This document shows, piece after piece, positions 47,333 through 56,710 of a stretch of 64,000 nt of DNA; the stretch's first letter is position 1; every line of letters begins with the position of its first letter. Below the pieces are notes generated by a model. It did no database searches. It was not told where the DNA came from and worked only from the letters and a program-made list of their open reading frames with translations. The position numbers were made by a program, and so were the translations under genes. Origin of the DNA: a virus (lineage: Duplodnaviria > Caudoviricetes); the IMG/VR virus record IMGVR_UViG_3300031134_000001, positions 32,001-96,000 of that record; one strand, written 5' to 3'.

Positions 47333-47746
47333 GTGGCACTGGGCGAACAATACATCGTGAACTTTTCAGAAGCCATCGACCTCTTCCAAAAGCGGATGGC
47401 GGCCGATGATTTACCTACCATTGATTTAGATGTTGTGAAGTGGCGTGTGATGGAAATGTGGGAACAGAAATACCCACTGCGTCATTTGGAATTAGTTGTG
47501 GATGACATGCTCAGACACGACTGGTTGTATGCCAAAGAAGAGTTTGTTGATACTACTCCTATGCGAGCTCGTCAGAAAAAAATTCAGTTGAACCAATATC
47601 TGCGCACTTGCCTCATTGAACTTGGTGTTAATCTGCACGCCAAGCTTCGGGAGATGGGCATGCTTACTTCAGGCACCGAACGTTATCGCGTCACCCTACG
47701 GCCACTAGACAATGAAACTTACACCTTACGACAGACTGGGAGTTGA
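47333..47746 (+). CDS. Hypothetical protein (putative paralog set)
   Basis: AGGAGG SD before GTG 47333; LREMGMLTSGTERY motif. Confidence 0.75.
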   Translation: MALGEQYIVNFSEAIDLFQKRMAADDLPTIDLDVVKWRVMEMWEQKYPLRHLELVVDDMLRHDWLYAKEEFVDTTPMRARQKKIQLNQYLRTCLIELGVNLHAKLREMGMLTSGTERYRVTLRPLDNETYTLRQTGS

Positions 47747-48326
47747 GTATCCGCCTCCGTCAGTAGAAACGCCTTTGCAGATCAAGTACCCGGACTACTA
47801 CATTTTGAAGATTGACGACATCGTCGACGACTTCATCAAGCAGTGGGATTTCATCATCACCACCGAAATCATGGAGCATCCGATTGACTCGGATGTGGTG
47901 CTGCCTGAAGTGTACACCATCGGTCAAGATGGCACGCTGCACAAAACCGTGTACTTCGCCCAGCACGTATCCGAACGCGTCAAGCCTTGGCATCCAGACA
48001 TCAGCATTATTCTGGCAGCCACGATCGAGACCATCAAGGCCAAGAACGAAGCAGAAACAGACATGGATCTTGTCATGGGGTCGCTCTGGGTGGACGTAGC
48101 GTACATGGCCGATATTCATATTCGCTCGAACGTGGGTGAACTCCACGTGAACAGAGCCATCACCGGCGCACGGCGAGCTATCGCAAAGCTCTCTACCCAA
48201 TTCGGCAAGAAAATCTATCAACGACTCATCGAGTACGGCTTGTACAAACAAGGCTACTTCCCGTACCACTATGTCGGTTGGGAAGACGAATGCGCGATCG
48301 TTGCGCTCGATGACACACACAGGTGA
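47712..48326 (+). CDS. Hypothetical protein (putative paralog set)
   Basis: 204 aa; LIEYGLYKQGYFPY motif. Confidence 0.8.
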   Translation: MKLTPYDRLGVEYPPPSVETPLQIKYPDYYILKIDDIVDDFIKQWDFIITTEIMEHPIDSDVVLPEVYTIGQDGTLHKTVYFAQHVSERVKPWHPDISIILAATIETIKAKNEAETDMDLVMGSLWVDVAYMADIHIRSNVGELHVNRAITGARRAIAKLSTQFGKKIYQRLIEYGLYKQGYFPYHYVGWEDECAIVALDDTHR

Positions 48327-48329
48327 ACT

Positions 48330-48692
48330 ATGGTAATAACCGATCAAATAACCATCTTAGATACGATGGAACTTGTGGTCGATTTCGAGCAGAAGTTAGG
48401 CTACGAACTCACGCCTGAAGATCGTCTGGAAATCTTTCATCAGATTTTCCTGATGATCAATCAGCACAGTGCGTTGGACCTGGACGACAAGGACGTTTTG
48501 GACTACGACTCGCTTGTGTTCGCCAATTATCTGAACGTGGACCACGCTGCTGTTGATCGGATTGCCTACAACCTGATGGTGAAGGTGTGGCACCTTTGTC
48601 ATCAGCGTGGCTTTTATATCAATGGCGAATTGCGCTACATGCCCTTTGCCATGCATGGCTGGGACTTGTCGGTTCGCTATTACCAGAACTAA
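48330..48692 (+). CDS. Hypothetical protein (putative paralog set)
   Basis: 120 aa; CHQRGFYINGELRY motif. Confidence 0.8.
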   Translation: MVITDQITILDTMELVVDFEQKLGYELTPEDRLEIFHQIFLMINQHSALDLDDKDVLDYDSLVFANYLNVDHAAVDRIAYNLMVKVWHLCHQRGFYINGELRYMPFAMHGWDLSVRYYQN

Positions 48693-48707
48693 CAGAGGAG
48701 TCCGGTA

Positions 48708-49124
48708 ATGAATTTAGATGTCGGCGGTACGTATAGCTTTGCAGTGTACCCAGTAGCTGTGTTGGGTACCAATTTCAAGAACGTGTTGGTGTTGTCGATC
48801 TTAAGCGCTGCCACGGCGCAAGCGCTGGGTGAAGACATCTTCGCTCGCCACGCGTTGATCTCGCCATCCCTGCCAGATACGACGCAAAAGAAAGATCCCA
48901 GCAAATACAAGTACGTGCAGATCAAACTGCCATCAGGTGCTGAGCAAATCATCGCCATGGAATGGATCAACACGGCCACGATCCAATCGGTGAACTTGGG
49001 TCGCCATACTGTCATCATCGACAACAGTCCAAGCAGCGAACGGCAAAAGATCCTGGACGCATTGGCTGCCAACGGTATCAACGTGTCGGAGATCGATTTC
49101 CAGTCGGCTACGATGCAGGCGTAA
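48708..49124 (+). CDS. Conserved chimallivirus hypothetical protein upstream of the DNA polymerase
   Basis: GAGGAG SD; TYSFAVYPVAVLG N-terminal motif; 138 aa. Confidence 0.75.
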   Translation: MNLDVGGTYSFAVYPVAVLGTNFKNVLVLSILSAATAQALGEDIFARHALISPSLPDTTQKKDPSKYKYVQIKLPSGAEQIIAMEWINTATIQSVNLGRHTVIIDNSPSSERQKILDALAANGINVSEIDFQSATMQA

Positions 49125-49154
49125 TCGTTTTTTATCCGCGATACGTATAAAGTG

Positions 49155-49478
49155 CAAGAGAGGGACTCACACATCCTCGACGCAAATCGCCGGGACCTGG
49201 CCTAGCGGTTTGTTACACTCTGTTTGCGACGGAGTGGTGTGTTGTGCGGCGCTGCCGAGAAACATGGAGGTGTGGCGTAAGGTGACGCGAAGTGGCGGAG
49301 ACGTAAAGCCATTAAGTTGTTGATCTTGCTTTTACCTTTTTGGGCAATTGATCCGATGGATGTGGCGTGTAGTCTTGCCATTAGCATTTCCTTGATATCG
49401 GCAGCGCTGTGCTTTCTTTTGTGGCTAGGTAAGCGCAAAGGGACTTTTTGAAGTTGTGAATCCCCTCTTGAGCGAGGG
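49155..49478 (+). ncRNA. Structured RNA closed by a 5'-3' long-range helix and containing a small ORF
   Basis: 49155-49171 pairs with 49455-49470 (15 bp); 49244-49258 pairs with 49398-49412 (15 bp, 3 G-U); hairpin 49216-49236. Confidence 0.55.
49356..49451 (+). CDS. Candidate 31-aa single-TM peptide (type I toxin-like)
   Basis: MDVACSLAISISLISAALCFLLWLGKRKGTF; no clear SD; the frame is open back to 49281. Confidence 0.35.
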   Translation: MDVACSLAISISLISAALCFLLWLGKRKGTF

Positions 49479-49485
49479 CGTTTTG

Positions 49486-49528
49486 GCGATCGGGTACCTT
49501 CGGGTGCTCGATCGTTCTTTTTGCCGCC
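49486..49528 (+). terminator. UUCG terminator
   Basis: GCGATCGGGTACC-TTCG-GGTGCTCGATCGT followed by TCTTTTT. Confidence 0.8.
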
Positions 49529-49597
49529 TGTTTATTTTTTTGGTCATTTTTGATCACCAGTTCTAATGATGTAGTTCGTAGCCATCAGGATGTCAAC

Positions 49598-51742
49598 ATG
49601 TCTCGTAATAGTCCGTTCATTTCCAAACCAGATGAGTATATCCGGGATATCAATCCGGTGAAACACATGGTGCACCAACAAGCAACCCACCTGTCGATCA
49701 TGGGTGGTATCTCGTACGAAGAAGCTTGTGAGTTTGTAAAGCATCAACTCGGACCCCAAGGTGAATTTCCCTTGCAAGATCCGAATGCCATTTTCCTAGA
49801 GCGTGATTTCGACTCAGGTGACCGGGAAGAATCTTCCATTCCCATGTCGAAGTATATCGGCGAGATCTTACAACAAGAACAGATCTACGCCCCCACGTTC
49901 ACGACGTACCACAATCCCAAGGTACGCCTGTCACCGCTGTCGAAGTTCCAAGACGATAACGTCAAGAGCCGCGGTAAAGCCAAGAAGGCAATGTTCGTAG
50001 CAGAACAAGAAGAAGGTAAGTCAAGCTTTAACTATCAGTTCTACAAAGGCTCGCAGACCACAGAGAAGTTGGCTAACAACGCCGTCTCTGGCGCCATGGT
50101 CAGTGAGTACAATCCGCTGCACAACAAGACCGGCCACAGTTCCTTAACGTCTTCGTGTCGTCAGACGTCGGCGTATGGTAACGCCAACAACGAACGGTTC
50201 CTGGCCAGCAACCGCCATTACTGGTCGTATGACACAGCACGCCAGAACATCGTCTCGATCGTCGCCCATACGGACATGGCTGCGGTTGAACGGGTAATGA
50301 CGCAGTACAATCTGCACTACCCAACGCAGGACGAAACATATCAAGTCGTGTGCCGTTCAGCCAAGCTGTACTGGAACTCGGCCAATGCTTACCAGAAGAT
50401 CCGGCAACTGATCGATCGCTTGACACCACTGCAGCGTGCTGCGTTTGTCTACACTGGCGATATGTATCAGCTGAAAGAATTTAACGAACCGTTCGTTCGC
50501 GAATTCATGTCGCGGTTAATCCACAAAGTTGATATTGCGGACCCGACACCAGAAGCCACAATTAAGAAGTGGCCAGAAGACTTCCTGAACTTGGCTAAAC
50601 AGCTGCAGCCTGAAATCACCAAAGGTAAGTCGCTTAACGAGATCATCAAGAACGATCCTCACGGCTATGGACTGGTTGCTGCGCAAGTAGAATACATCGC
50701 GCAGACGCTCTGGTCTTACTCGGACATGATCCGTGTGTTTTGGGCTACAGACAACCTACCTGCTTCGATCGCCATGTTCCCTAGTTCGCTGCGCCGTGTG
50801 GTGCTCGTGTCAGATACGGACTCGACGATCTTTACCACGCAAGACTGGATCATCTGGTATTGCAAACAGGTCAAGTTCGATGCCACGTACGATGCGATTA
50901 CTGCCAGCATGATTTTCTTGGCATCGCAATCGATCGTGCACATTCTGGCCAAGATGTCGGTTAACGTGGGCATTGGTCGCGACCATGCGTTCACGATTGA
51001 GATGAAGAACGAGTATAAGTTCGACGTCTTTGCATTGACGCAGCTGGGCAAGCACTACTATGCTCAGATCAGCTGTCAAGAAGGTAATATCAAGAAACAG
51101 TTGGAGAAAGAGATCAAGGGCGTTCACTTGAAGTCTTCCAACGCGCCGAAACAGATTGTCAAACAAGCCGAACAAATGATGCTCTCCATCATGGACGACA
51201 TCATGACTCGCGGTACGATCAAAGCGCACAAGTATCTGAAAGAGGTCGCTGACCTTGAACGCTCGATTGTTGAATCGATCCGTAAGGGTGAGTTTAAGTT
51301 CCTGAAGCTAAGCACCGTTAAGGATGCTGCGGCTTACAAGAATGGTGCTGAGACGTCCACGTACAAGCAGTACGGCATGTGGAACGGTGTGTTCGGTAAC
51401 AAGTACGGTCCGATCGCTCCGCCGCCTTACAAGGCCATCTACATCAGCTTGGGGCTCGATAGCAAAACCAAGACCAACAACTGGTTAGAACAAATGCCTG
51501 ACCAAGATGTCGCTGGTAACATGCGTCGCTGGTTGGGAGAAAACGCCCGTGACAAGATTCCTTCCTTGCAGTTACCGCTTGTGATCGTATCGTCCAAAGG
51601 TATTCCGGACGAAATCATGGCAGCAATCGATGTACGCAAGATTGTGCAGAAAGCCTCTGCAATGTTTTACCTTATCTTAGAAACACTCGGCTTTTACTTC
51701 AATCACGATGACTTGAGCCAATTGGCCATGGACTACTACTGA
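49598..51742 (+). CDS. Family B DNA polymerase subunit (phiKZ gp50-like; split polymerase)
   Basis: KLANNAVSG (motif B-like), VSDTDSTIF (motif C), EIKGVHLKSS. No exonuclease motifs or motif A recognised. Start set to ATG 49598. Confidence 0.85.
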   Translation: MSRNSPFISKPDEYIRDINPVKHMVHQQATHLSIMGGISYEEACEFVKHQLGPQGEFPLQDPNAIFLERDFDSGDREESSIPMSKYIGEILQQEQIYAPTFTTYHNPKVRLSPLSKFQDDNVKSRGKAKKAMFVAEQEEGKSSFNYQFYKGSQTTEKLANNAVSGAMVSEYNPLHNKTGHSSLTSSCRQTSAYGNANNERFLASNRHYWSYDTARQNIVSIVAHTDMAAVERVMTQYNLHYPTQDETYQVVCRSAKLYWNSANAYQKIRQLIDRLTPLQRAAFVYTGDMYQLKEFNEPFVREFMSRLIHKVDIADPTPEATIKKWPEDFLNLAKQLQPEITKGKSLNEIIKNDPHGYGLVAAQVEYIAQTLWSYSDMIRVFWATDNLPASIAMFPSSLRRVVLVSDTDSTIFTTQDWIIWYCKQVKFDATYDAITASMIFLASQSIVHILAKMSVNVGIGRDHAFTIEMKNEYKFDVFALTQLGKHYYAQISCQEGNIKKQLEKEIKGVHLKSSNAPKQIVKQAEQMMLSIMDDIMTRGTIKAHKYLKEVADLERSIVESIRKGEFKFLKLSTVKDAAAYKNGAETSTYKQYGMWNGVFGNKYGPIAPPPYKAIYISLGLDSKTKTNNWLEQMPDQDVAGNMRRWLGENARDKIPSLQLPLVIVSSKGIPDEIMAAIDVRKIVQKASAMFYLILETLGFYFNHDDLSQLAMDYY

Positions 51743-51780
51743 CGGCATACTCCCTCTCCCGCGCAAGCAGGAGAGGGAGA
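51741..51780. terminator. Hairpin at a convergent junction with GACGGCATA
   Basis: CTCCCTCTCC/GGAGAGGGAG 10-bp stem preceded by GACGGCATA. Confidence 0.7.
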
Positions 51781-51796
51781 TGTCATCGTGAGATGA

Positions 51797-53080
51797 TTAC
51801 GCTTTTTGGAAGTTGTTCGTTGCCATTTCGTAGAACGACAAGAAGAACTTGTTGTGACGCGCAGCGGCGCCAAACAGCTTGGCCGTTGGCTGGGTCGACC
51901 AGTTGGCGTAAGCCGAGCACAGACCCATCAGTTGCTTGCCGAAGGCGATGCCGTCCTTGTTGTCTTCCTTGATACGGCCGAGCATGCCGTCGCAGGCTTT
52001 CTGGATTTTCTCCATCTGCGCTTCCAGCGCCTTGAGCTGATCGTTCTTGAAGGCCAGCAGCTGCTCGATAAACACCAGACGCTCTTTGACGTATTGGAGC
52101 AGCATTTCAGGCGTGGTATCGTTCTTCATGACGCGACCTTTGCTGGTGGCGAAGTCGGTCTTTTGATCGACATCGAAACGCACCTTCGACAGACCAGCGA
52201 CCTTGGTTTCGACGTTGTTGGTTGCCAGCGCCCAGTTTGCACTATAGTGCTTGGCCGTGACGGTCATGTTACCCAGCGTGTCGGTTTTCCAGAAGTCGCC
52301 GTTCTTCGGTTCGAGTTTCAGGCGCTTCATGTAGCTGTTGAACGTGGTACCCAGTTTGTCGATGACGCTGGTTACGTCAGCCATTTCCACGCCGTCATAG
52401 GTCGTGAATACGCGTTCCAGGTCACTACCGATTGGACCCATCAGTTCGTGCTGGGCTTTGGATGCTTCGATGACGTAGGTGCAGAACTCTTCAGCATCGC
52501 GACCAGCTTTGTTGAAGAAGTCGACCCACGACGAACCGCCGTAGTTGAAGATGTCGGTGATCACGCTGGTCATTTCAGCGCCGCTGTTGGCGGTGTAGCC
52601 CTTCATGCCTTCCAGGCGAGTGACCAGGTCTTGGGCGTGCTTCTTGTTTTGTTCCAGGGTCGAGAAGTACGTGGTGAACCAGTGCTTGATGCCGACCCAC
52701 ATGTTCTTGATCGCGGTGATGATGGCATTCCAGAGCGACTTCAAGGCGCTGGCGATCCCTTCGACGCTGATCGTATCGTCCTCGCCAGTAGGCATCGAGA
52801 TGACATCTTCAGCGGATTCGTCGGTACCAGCGACAGCCATCTCGCCCACAGCGTTAACGAGTTCTTGTTCGACTTGGCCGACTTCAGGCGTTTCATCGAC
52901 GACCAGCATGGTGTCGTTGGCCACGTCAGCCACTTCAGCGACACGGTCCAGATCAGCAGCAGCAGCGTCAGCGGCAATACCAGCTTCGCTAACTGAGTCG
53001 ATCAGAATCGCATCTTCTTCGACGGACAGGGTTGGGGACGATACGGCTGGAGCTGGCCGCGCTTTCAGATGACGTTGCAT
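51797..53080 (-). CDS. Processed internal head protein (phiKZ inner-head paralog type)
   Basis: Acidic ~105-aa propeptide ending ISVE, then an amphipathic helix GIASALKSLWNAIITAIKNMW. Confidence 0.75.
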   Translation of the reverse strand: MQRHLKARPAPAVSSPTLSVEEDAILIDSVSEAGIAADAAAADLDRVAEVADVANDTMLVVDETPEVGQVEQELVNAVGEMAVAGTDESAEDVISMPTGEDDTISVEGIASALKSLWNAIITAIKNMWVGIKHWFTTYFSTLEQNKKHAQDLVTRLEGMKGYTANSGAEMTSVITDIFNYGGSSWVDFFNKAGRDAEEFCTYVIEASKAQHELMGPIGSDLERVFTTYDGVEMADVTSVIDKLGTTFNSYMKRLKLEPKNGDFWKTDTLGNMTVTAKHYSANWALATNNVETKVAGLSKVRFDVDQKTDFATSKGRVMKNDTTPEMLLQYVKERLVFIEQLLAFKNDQLKALEAQMEKIQKACDGMLGRIKEDNKDGIAFGKQLMGLCSAYANWSTQPTAKLFGAAARHNKFFLSFYEMATNNFQKA

Positions 53081-53105
53081 TTTTAAACCTTTTGTTTAAG
53101 AGAAG

Positions 53106-54209
53106 TTACAATGAAATCAAGATCTCATCGATCATATCCATTGCGGATTGGTACAGTTCTTTGGGGAGCGCTGAATCTAATACACGTTGCGACTTTAACC
53201 GCTTCAAGGTAACGGCGATATCCGCCAACCCTGTTTGGTCTTGCACACGTTCGATCTTCTTGGCCAGACGAATCAAAAACAACAACATCGGTAACCGCGC
53301 TAAGATTACAGACCATAGAATTTGACGTGTTGGTACAACGTCTGGTACAAACATCACCGAGCGCATGTCTTTGTGTGATGCCGAAGGAATCGCGGCCAAC
53401 AACGCCGGGACTGGGTAGTGCACTTTATCGAGCATACCGAGCAGCCGTTTGTAGACAACGTCCACTTGCGGGTGATGGCTAGGTGTATGCAATGCTTCAC
53501 GGGTAGGCGTGTTGTCGACCGGAGCATCACGATCTAACGCATCGATTCGATTGAACAACGCATAATCGAGATAACTCTCTAGCATGTTGGGCAGCACGTA
53601 CATGTGCACGAACTGCTGGACGTTGCGCTGCGTGTAGTCTGGATTGGCGTTTTGTTTACGCTGCTCGGCATAACGAAATGCGCGGTACTGCACGGCGAGT
53701 AAACTCACGTTCACAGCCACTACAGCCAAACCCACTTCACGACTCATGTAGCGCCCGTTGGGCACCTGCAAATTGAGATTGGTGAAAGGATGGCGTAGCA
53801 CACGCACTGGTGTCGCGTCTTGCCACTGCGCTTCGACTTTGTCTATGTTAAAGCTCTCATCGAAACCGATGATCACTTCTTGCACGCTCTTACTAAAGAA
53901 CACACCACGGAACAACTTGCCTGCGCCAAACGGTGTAGTTAGTTGAAACGCATTGGCCGTTTGCAAAGCACTGATACTTACGTTACTGTAATACCGATCG
54001 CTGTTTAAGCTAAGCGGTATGTTGATGGACTGGAGAAGCTGCACAAGCAGGTGGTCTGGTGCAACGCTGTAACTCGCGTGCCGGTAATGCGATAACATGG
54101 CAACCAGGTTTCTCTTGAGTCCATCTTGTACGGTCTTCCATTCCGGAAGCTTTACGACACCGTACTCTTTCTTAGGGTCGACGTCAATGAGGCTATACAT
54201 GGATGGCAT
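53106..54209 (-). CDS. Conserved protein divergent from chmA, probably virion-associated
   Basis: 367 aa; occupies the conserved position upstream of chimallin. Confidence 0.65.
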   Translation of the reverse strand: MPSMYSLIDVDPKKEYGVVKLPEWKTVQDGLKRNLVAMLSHYRHASYSVAPDHLLVQLLQSINIPLSLNSDRYYSNVSISALQTANAFQLTTPFGAGKLFRGVFFSKSVQEVIIGFDESFNIDKVEAQWQDATPVRVLRHPFTNLNLQVPNGRYMSREVGLAVVAVNVSLLAVQYRAFRYAEQRKQNANPDYTQRNVQQFVHMYVLPNMLESYLDYALFNRIDALDRDAPVDNTPTREALHTPSHHPQVDVVYKRLLGMLDKVHYPVPALLAAIPSASHKDMRSVMFVPDVVPTRQILWSVILARLPMLLFLIRLAKKIERVQDQTGLADIAVTLKRLKSQRVLDSALPKELYQSAMDMIDEILISL

Positions 54210-54462
54210 TCACCACAGAAGAGGGAGGAAGGGGATGACATACGATTGCATTCACCTAGTACCAAGTTAGAAAAATACCCGCACTAAGTATCTGTTGAAC
54301 CATTAAGTCGTGATGAGAAAAGCATAAAGGAAAGCACATGAACAAGTAAAAAAATATGTTCTCACCCCCATGGTATAGTGAAAGCGAAAAAGCTTTGCAC
54401 ATTGATTGTGATATGCTCTGTCTTCGGCATTACATGCCATTAAGTAAAACGATCTGGCGCTA

Positions 54463-54486
54463 AATCATTTTAGCACTATATCACTA
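54463..54486 (+). promoter_or_regulatory. Early promoter of chimallin
   Basis: AAATCATTTTAGCAC-TATATCAC-T (core 54477-54484). Confidence 0.8.
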
Positions 54487-54572
54487 AATTGATCTAACTA
54501 GCGATAGTGATGATCAACAGTTTGTTTGCGCAAACAAATTAAACACATCTTTACCACAAAAAGGAAAACAGT

Positions 54573-56594
54573 ATGAAGACCGGTAGCCAAAATACTCCGA
54601 ACGCAAACAGCGCTCAAGGCTCCACGCAAATGGGTGAAGCATTCGCTCAAGCGGCCCCGCAACAAAACCAAGCCAACTACCAGACCCAGCCACCAGCAGC
54701 AGCACCAGTCGGCGGCGCACCACGTGCCGGCGGCATCAGCGCACTGTTCAGCCGTGGTCGTATCGGCGGCACGCCACAAAACGGCGGCCGTGATGTCGCG
54801 GAACTGACCAAGAAGCTCCAGGACTACTACGACAGCCAGAAGACCACCGAACTGAACGGCGTGAACATCCGCATCGTGCCGGCCACCCGTGGCTCGATCA
54901 TCGGCGCCGCTGACAACCTCAGCAACGCCATCGGCCTGATCATGTTCGTCGTCGAAGGTTCGGACAACCGTGCAGCATTCCACACGCTGCTGATCGCTTC
55001 GGACATGTCGCCATCGGCGCCTACCCGTACCAACGACATGTACCAGTTCGCGCAAGAACAGGTCGTCGCACCACGCACCACCGCCACCCTGGCCGATGAT
55101 GCGCTGAACAAAGTCGTGCATCTGCGCGTCGGTCAGCTGATGCCACAAGCAAAGCTGTTCTCGGCCGACTGGTCGACGGTGCCAACCAACTTCAAGATCA
55201 ACGATCCGGTCGCTATCGCAACGCTGTTCCTGAACGCGCTGCGCGCATGCTGGACCGAACTGGAAGTCAAGACCCCTGGCTTCAAGTACGACAGCCTGTC
55301 GATGGTCGCCGGCGACGGCATCCTGGTCAACTCGGTGCACTTCAACCAAGACCAGGTCAACCCACCAGTCGAAGCATTCGATCCAGCCGGCCTGCCGATT
55401 CGCGGCGAAGTCGTTGCAGCGTTCCGTTCGGAACAACCGCGTATCGTCAACCAGCGTGACCAGACCGAAAACACGGCCGGCATCATGGACCTGGGCACCA
55501 CCCTGGCCTCGATCAGCCTGAACATCGATCCGGTGCCAGCGCGTGCCAACCGCTACATGCCGCAACAAGCGCAAGCTGATGCGACGCAGGAATACAGCGC
55601 TGAAGTGACCATCACCGGTTTCGACATGCGTCTGCCGCCAGACCTGGGCAACGTGCTGCTGCAACTGTCGACCATCCTGGCTGTGCTGAACTCGCAAGAA
55701 CGTCCATGGCTGCGCAACTTCCTGCCACGCCACCTGCAAATGAACGGCGCGAGCCCAACCCGCAACGACAACTTCCGTCCGCGCGACCTGGGCGCCCTGA
55801 ACTACGACTACGGCCTGAAAACCCAACGTCCAGATGGTTCGGGTGTCATGGAAGTTCTGCCATTCCCAACGGCGAACCAGAACGACTTCGGCATCGACAA
55901 CTACTACCTGCTGGTCAACGCCATCATCCAGTCGGCACCAGCGCTGTCGATCGACTGCCCGCTGGCCGGCGCCGAGACCTGGTATCTGCGCATCTTCGCT
56001 GAAGCTAGCGATGTGCCAGAAGCGTTCAACGCCATCGTCAACGCAATGGATTCCATCACGGACAACCGCTTCAGCCAGATCTTCTTCGCGGCCAATTCGA
56101 GCCGTCAGATCGTCCTGAACCGCGCCGAGCGTATCCTGAACGGTTACTTCACCGATTCGGACGGTCGCATTCACGACCTGCGCGTTGCGCAAGACCTGCT
56201 GTACCTGATGAACGCCAAAGGCCACGAAGACCCAGAAATCGGTCGTAAGTACGCCGCAACGTTCAACGGCAGCAGCGATGCACAACTGGCGGCCCGTGCC
56301 AAGCTGATCGAATCGGCTGTGCACAACGTGACCTACACCGGTATCTCGATCCACAAGACCTTCCACCCAGACTTCCTGCGTGCGATGGACGAATCGATCA
56401 CTGCTACCGGCCTGCGTCCACGTATCGACATCGCCCAGCAAGACAACCGCATGCAAATGCGTACGCCATACGGCCTGGCGTCGGCCGGCGCCCTGAACAC
56501 GGGCTTCGTTTCGACGATGTTCCAACAGGGTCCAGCCTACGGCAACAACGCTGCGTCGGGTTACCGCGGCATGGCGCACACGCGCACGTACTAA
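54573..56594 (+). CDS. chmA: Chimallin, major nuclear shell protein
   Basis: 673 aa; Q/P/A-rich N-tail then GGISALFSR, like the 201phi2-1 gp105 N-terminus; early promoter; extreme codon bias; directly upstream of the gp55-like RNAP subunit. Confidence 0.9.
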   Translation: MKTGSQNTPNANSAQGSTQMGEAFAQAAPQQNQANYQTQPPAAAPVGGAPRAGGISALFSRGRIGGTPQNGGRDVAELTKKLQDYYDSQKTTELNGVNIRIVPATRGSIIGAADNLSNAIGLIMFVVEGSDNRAAFHTLLIASDMSPSAPTRTNDMYQFAQEQVVAPRTTATLADDALNKVVHLRVGQLMPQAKLFSADWSTVPTNFKINDPVAIATLFLNALRACWTELEVKTPGFKYDSLSMVAGDGILVNSVHFNQDQVNPPVEAFDPAGLPIRGEVVAAFRSEQPRIVNQRDQTENTAGIMDLGTTLASISLNIDPVPARANRYMPQQAQADATQEYSAEVTITGFDMRLPPDLGNVLLQLSTILAVLNSQERPWLRNFLPRHLQMNGASPTRNDNFRPRDLGALNYDYGLKTQRPDGSGVMEVLPFPTANQNDFGIDNYYLLVNAIIQSAPALSIDCPLAGAETWYLRIFAEASDVPEAFNAIVNAMDSITDNRFSQIFFAANSSRQIVLNRAERILNGYFTDSDGRIHDLRVAQDLLYLMNAKGHEDPEIGRKYAATFNGSSDAQLAARAKLIESAVHNVTYTGISIHKTFHPDFLRAMDESITATGLRPRIDIAQQDNRMQMRTPYGLASAGALNTGFVSTMFQQGPAYGNNAASGYRGMAHTRTY

Positions 56595-56618
56595 TCTGGT
56601 CGTGACTCGTTAAGAGAG

Positions 56619-56652
56619 AAAGTGGAGCCCCGCAAGGGCTTCACTTTTTTTT
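56619..56652 (+). terminator. Intrinsic terminator
   Basis: AAAGTGGAGCCC-CGCAA-GGGCTTCACTTT plus T tract. Confidence 0.8.
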
Positions 56653-56710
56653 CTTTACTACGAGAAGAAAAGTAGCAGTAGTTTATTGTTCCCTTCCAGA
56701 GGAGTGTATC

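Noticed and set aside
49598-51742. Missing exonuclease domain and motif A as evidence of a pseudogene
   Set aside because: PhiKZ-like phages are known to split this polymerase over two genes; the other part is presumably outside the window.
54573-56594. Major capsid protein as the identity of the 673-aa highly biased gene
   Set aside because: The early promoter, Q/P-rich N-tail and position before the gp55-like gene fit chimallin; no capsid features were seen.
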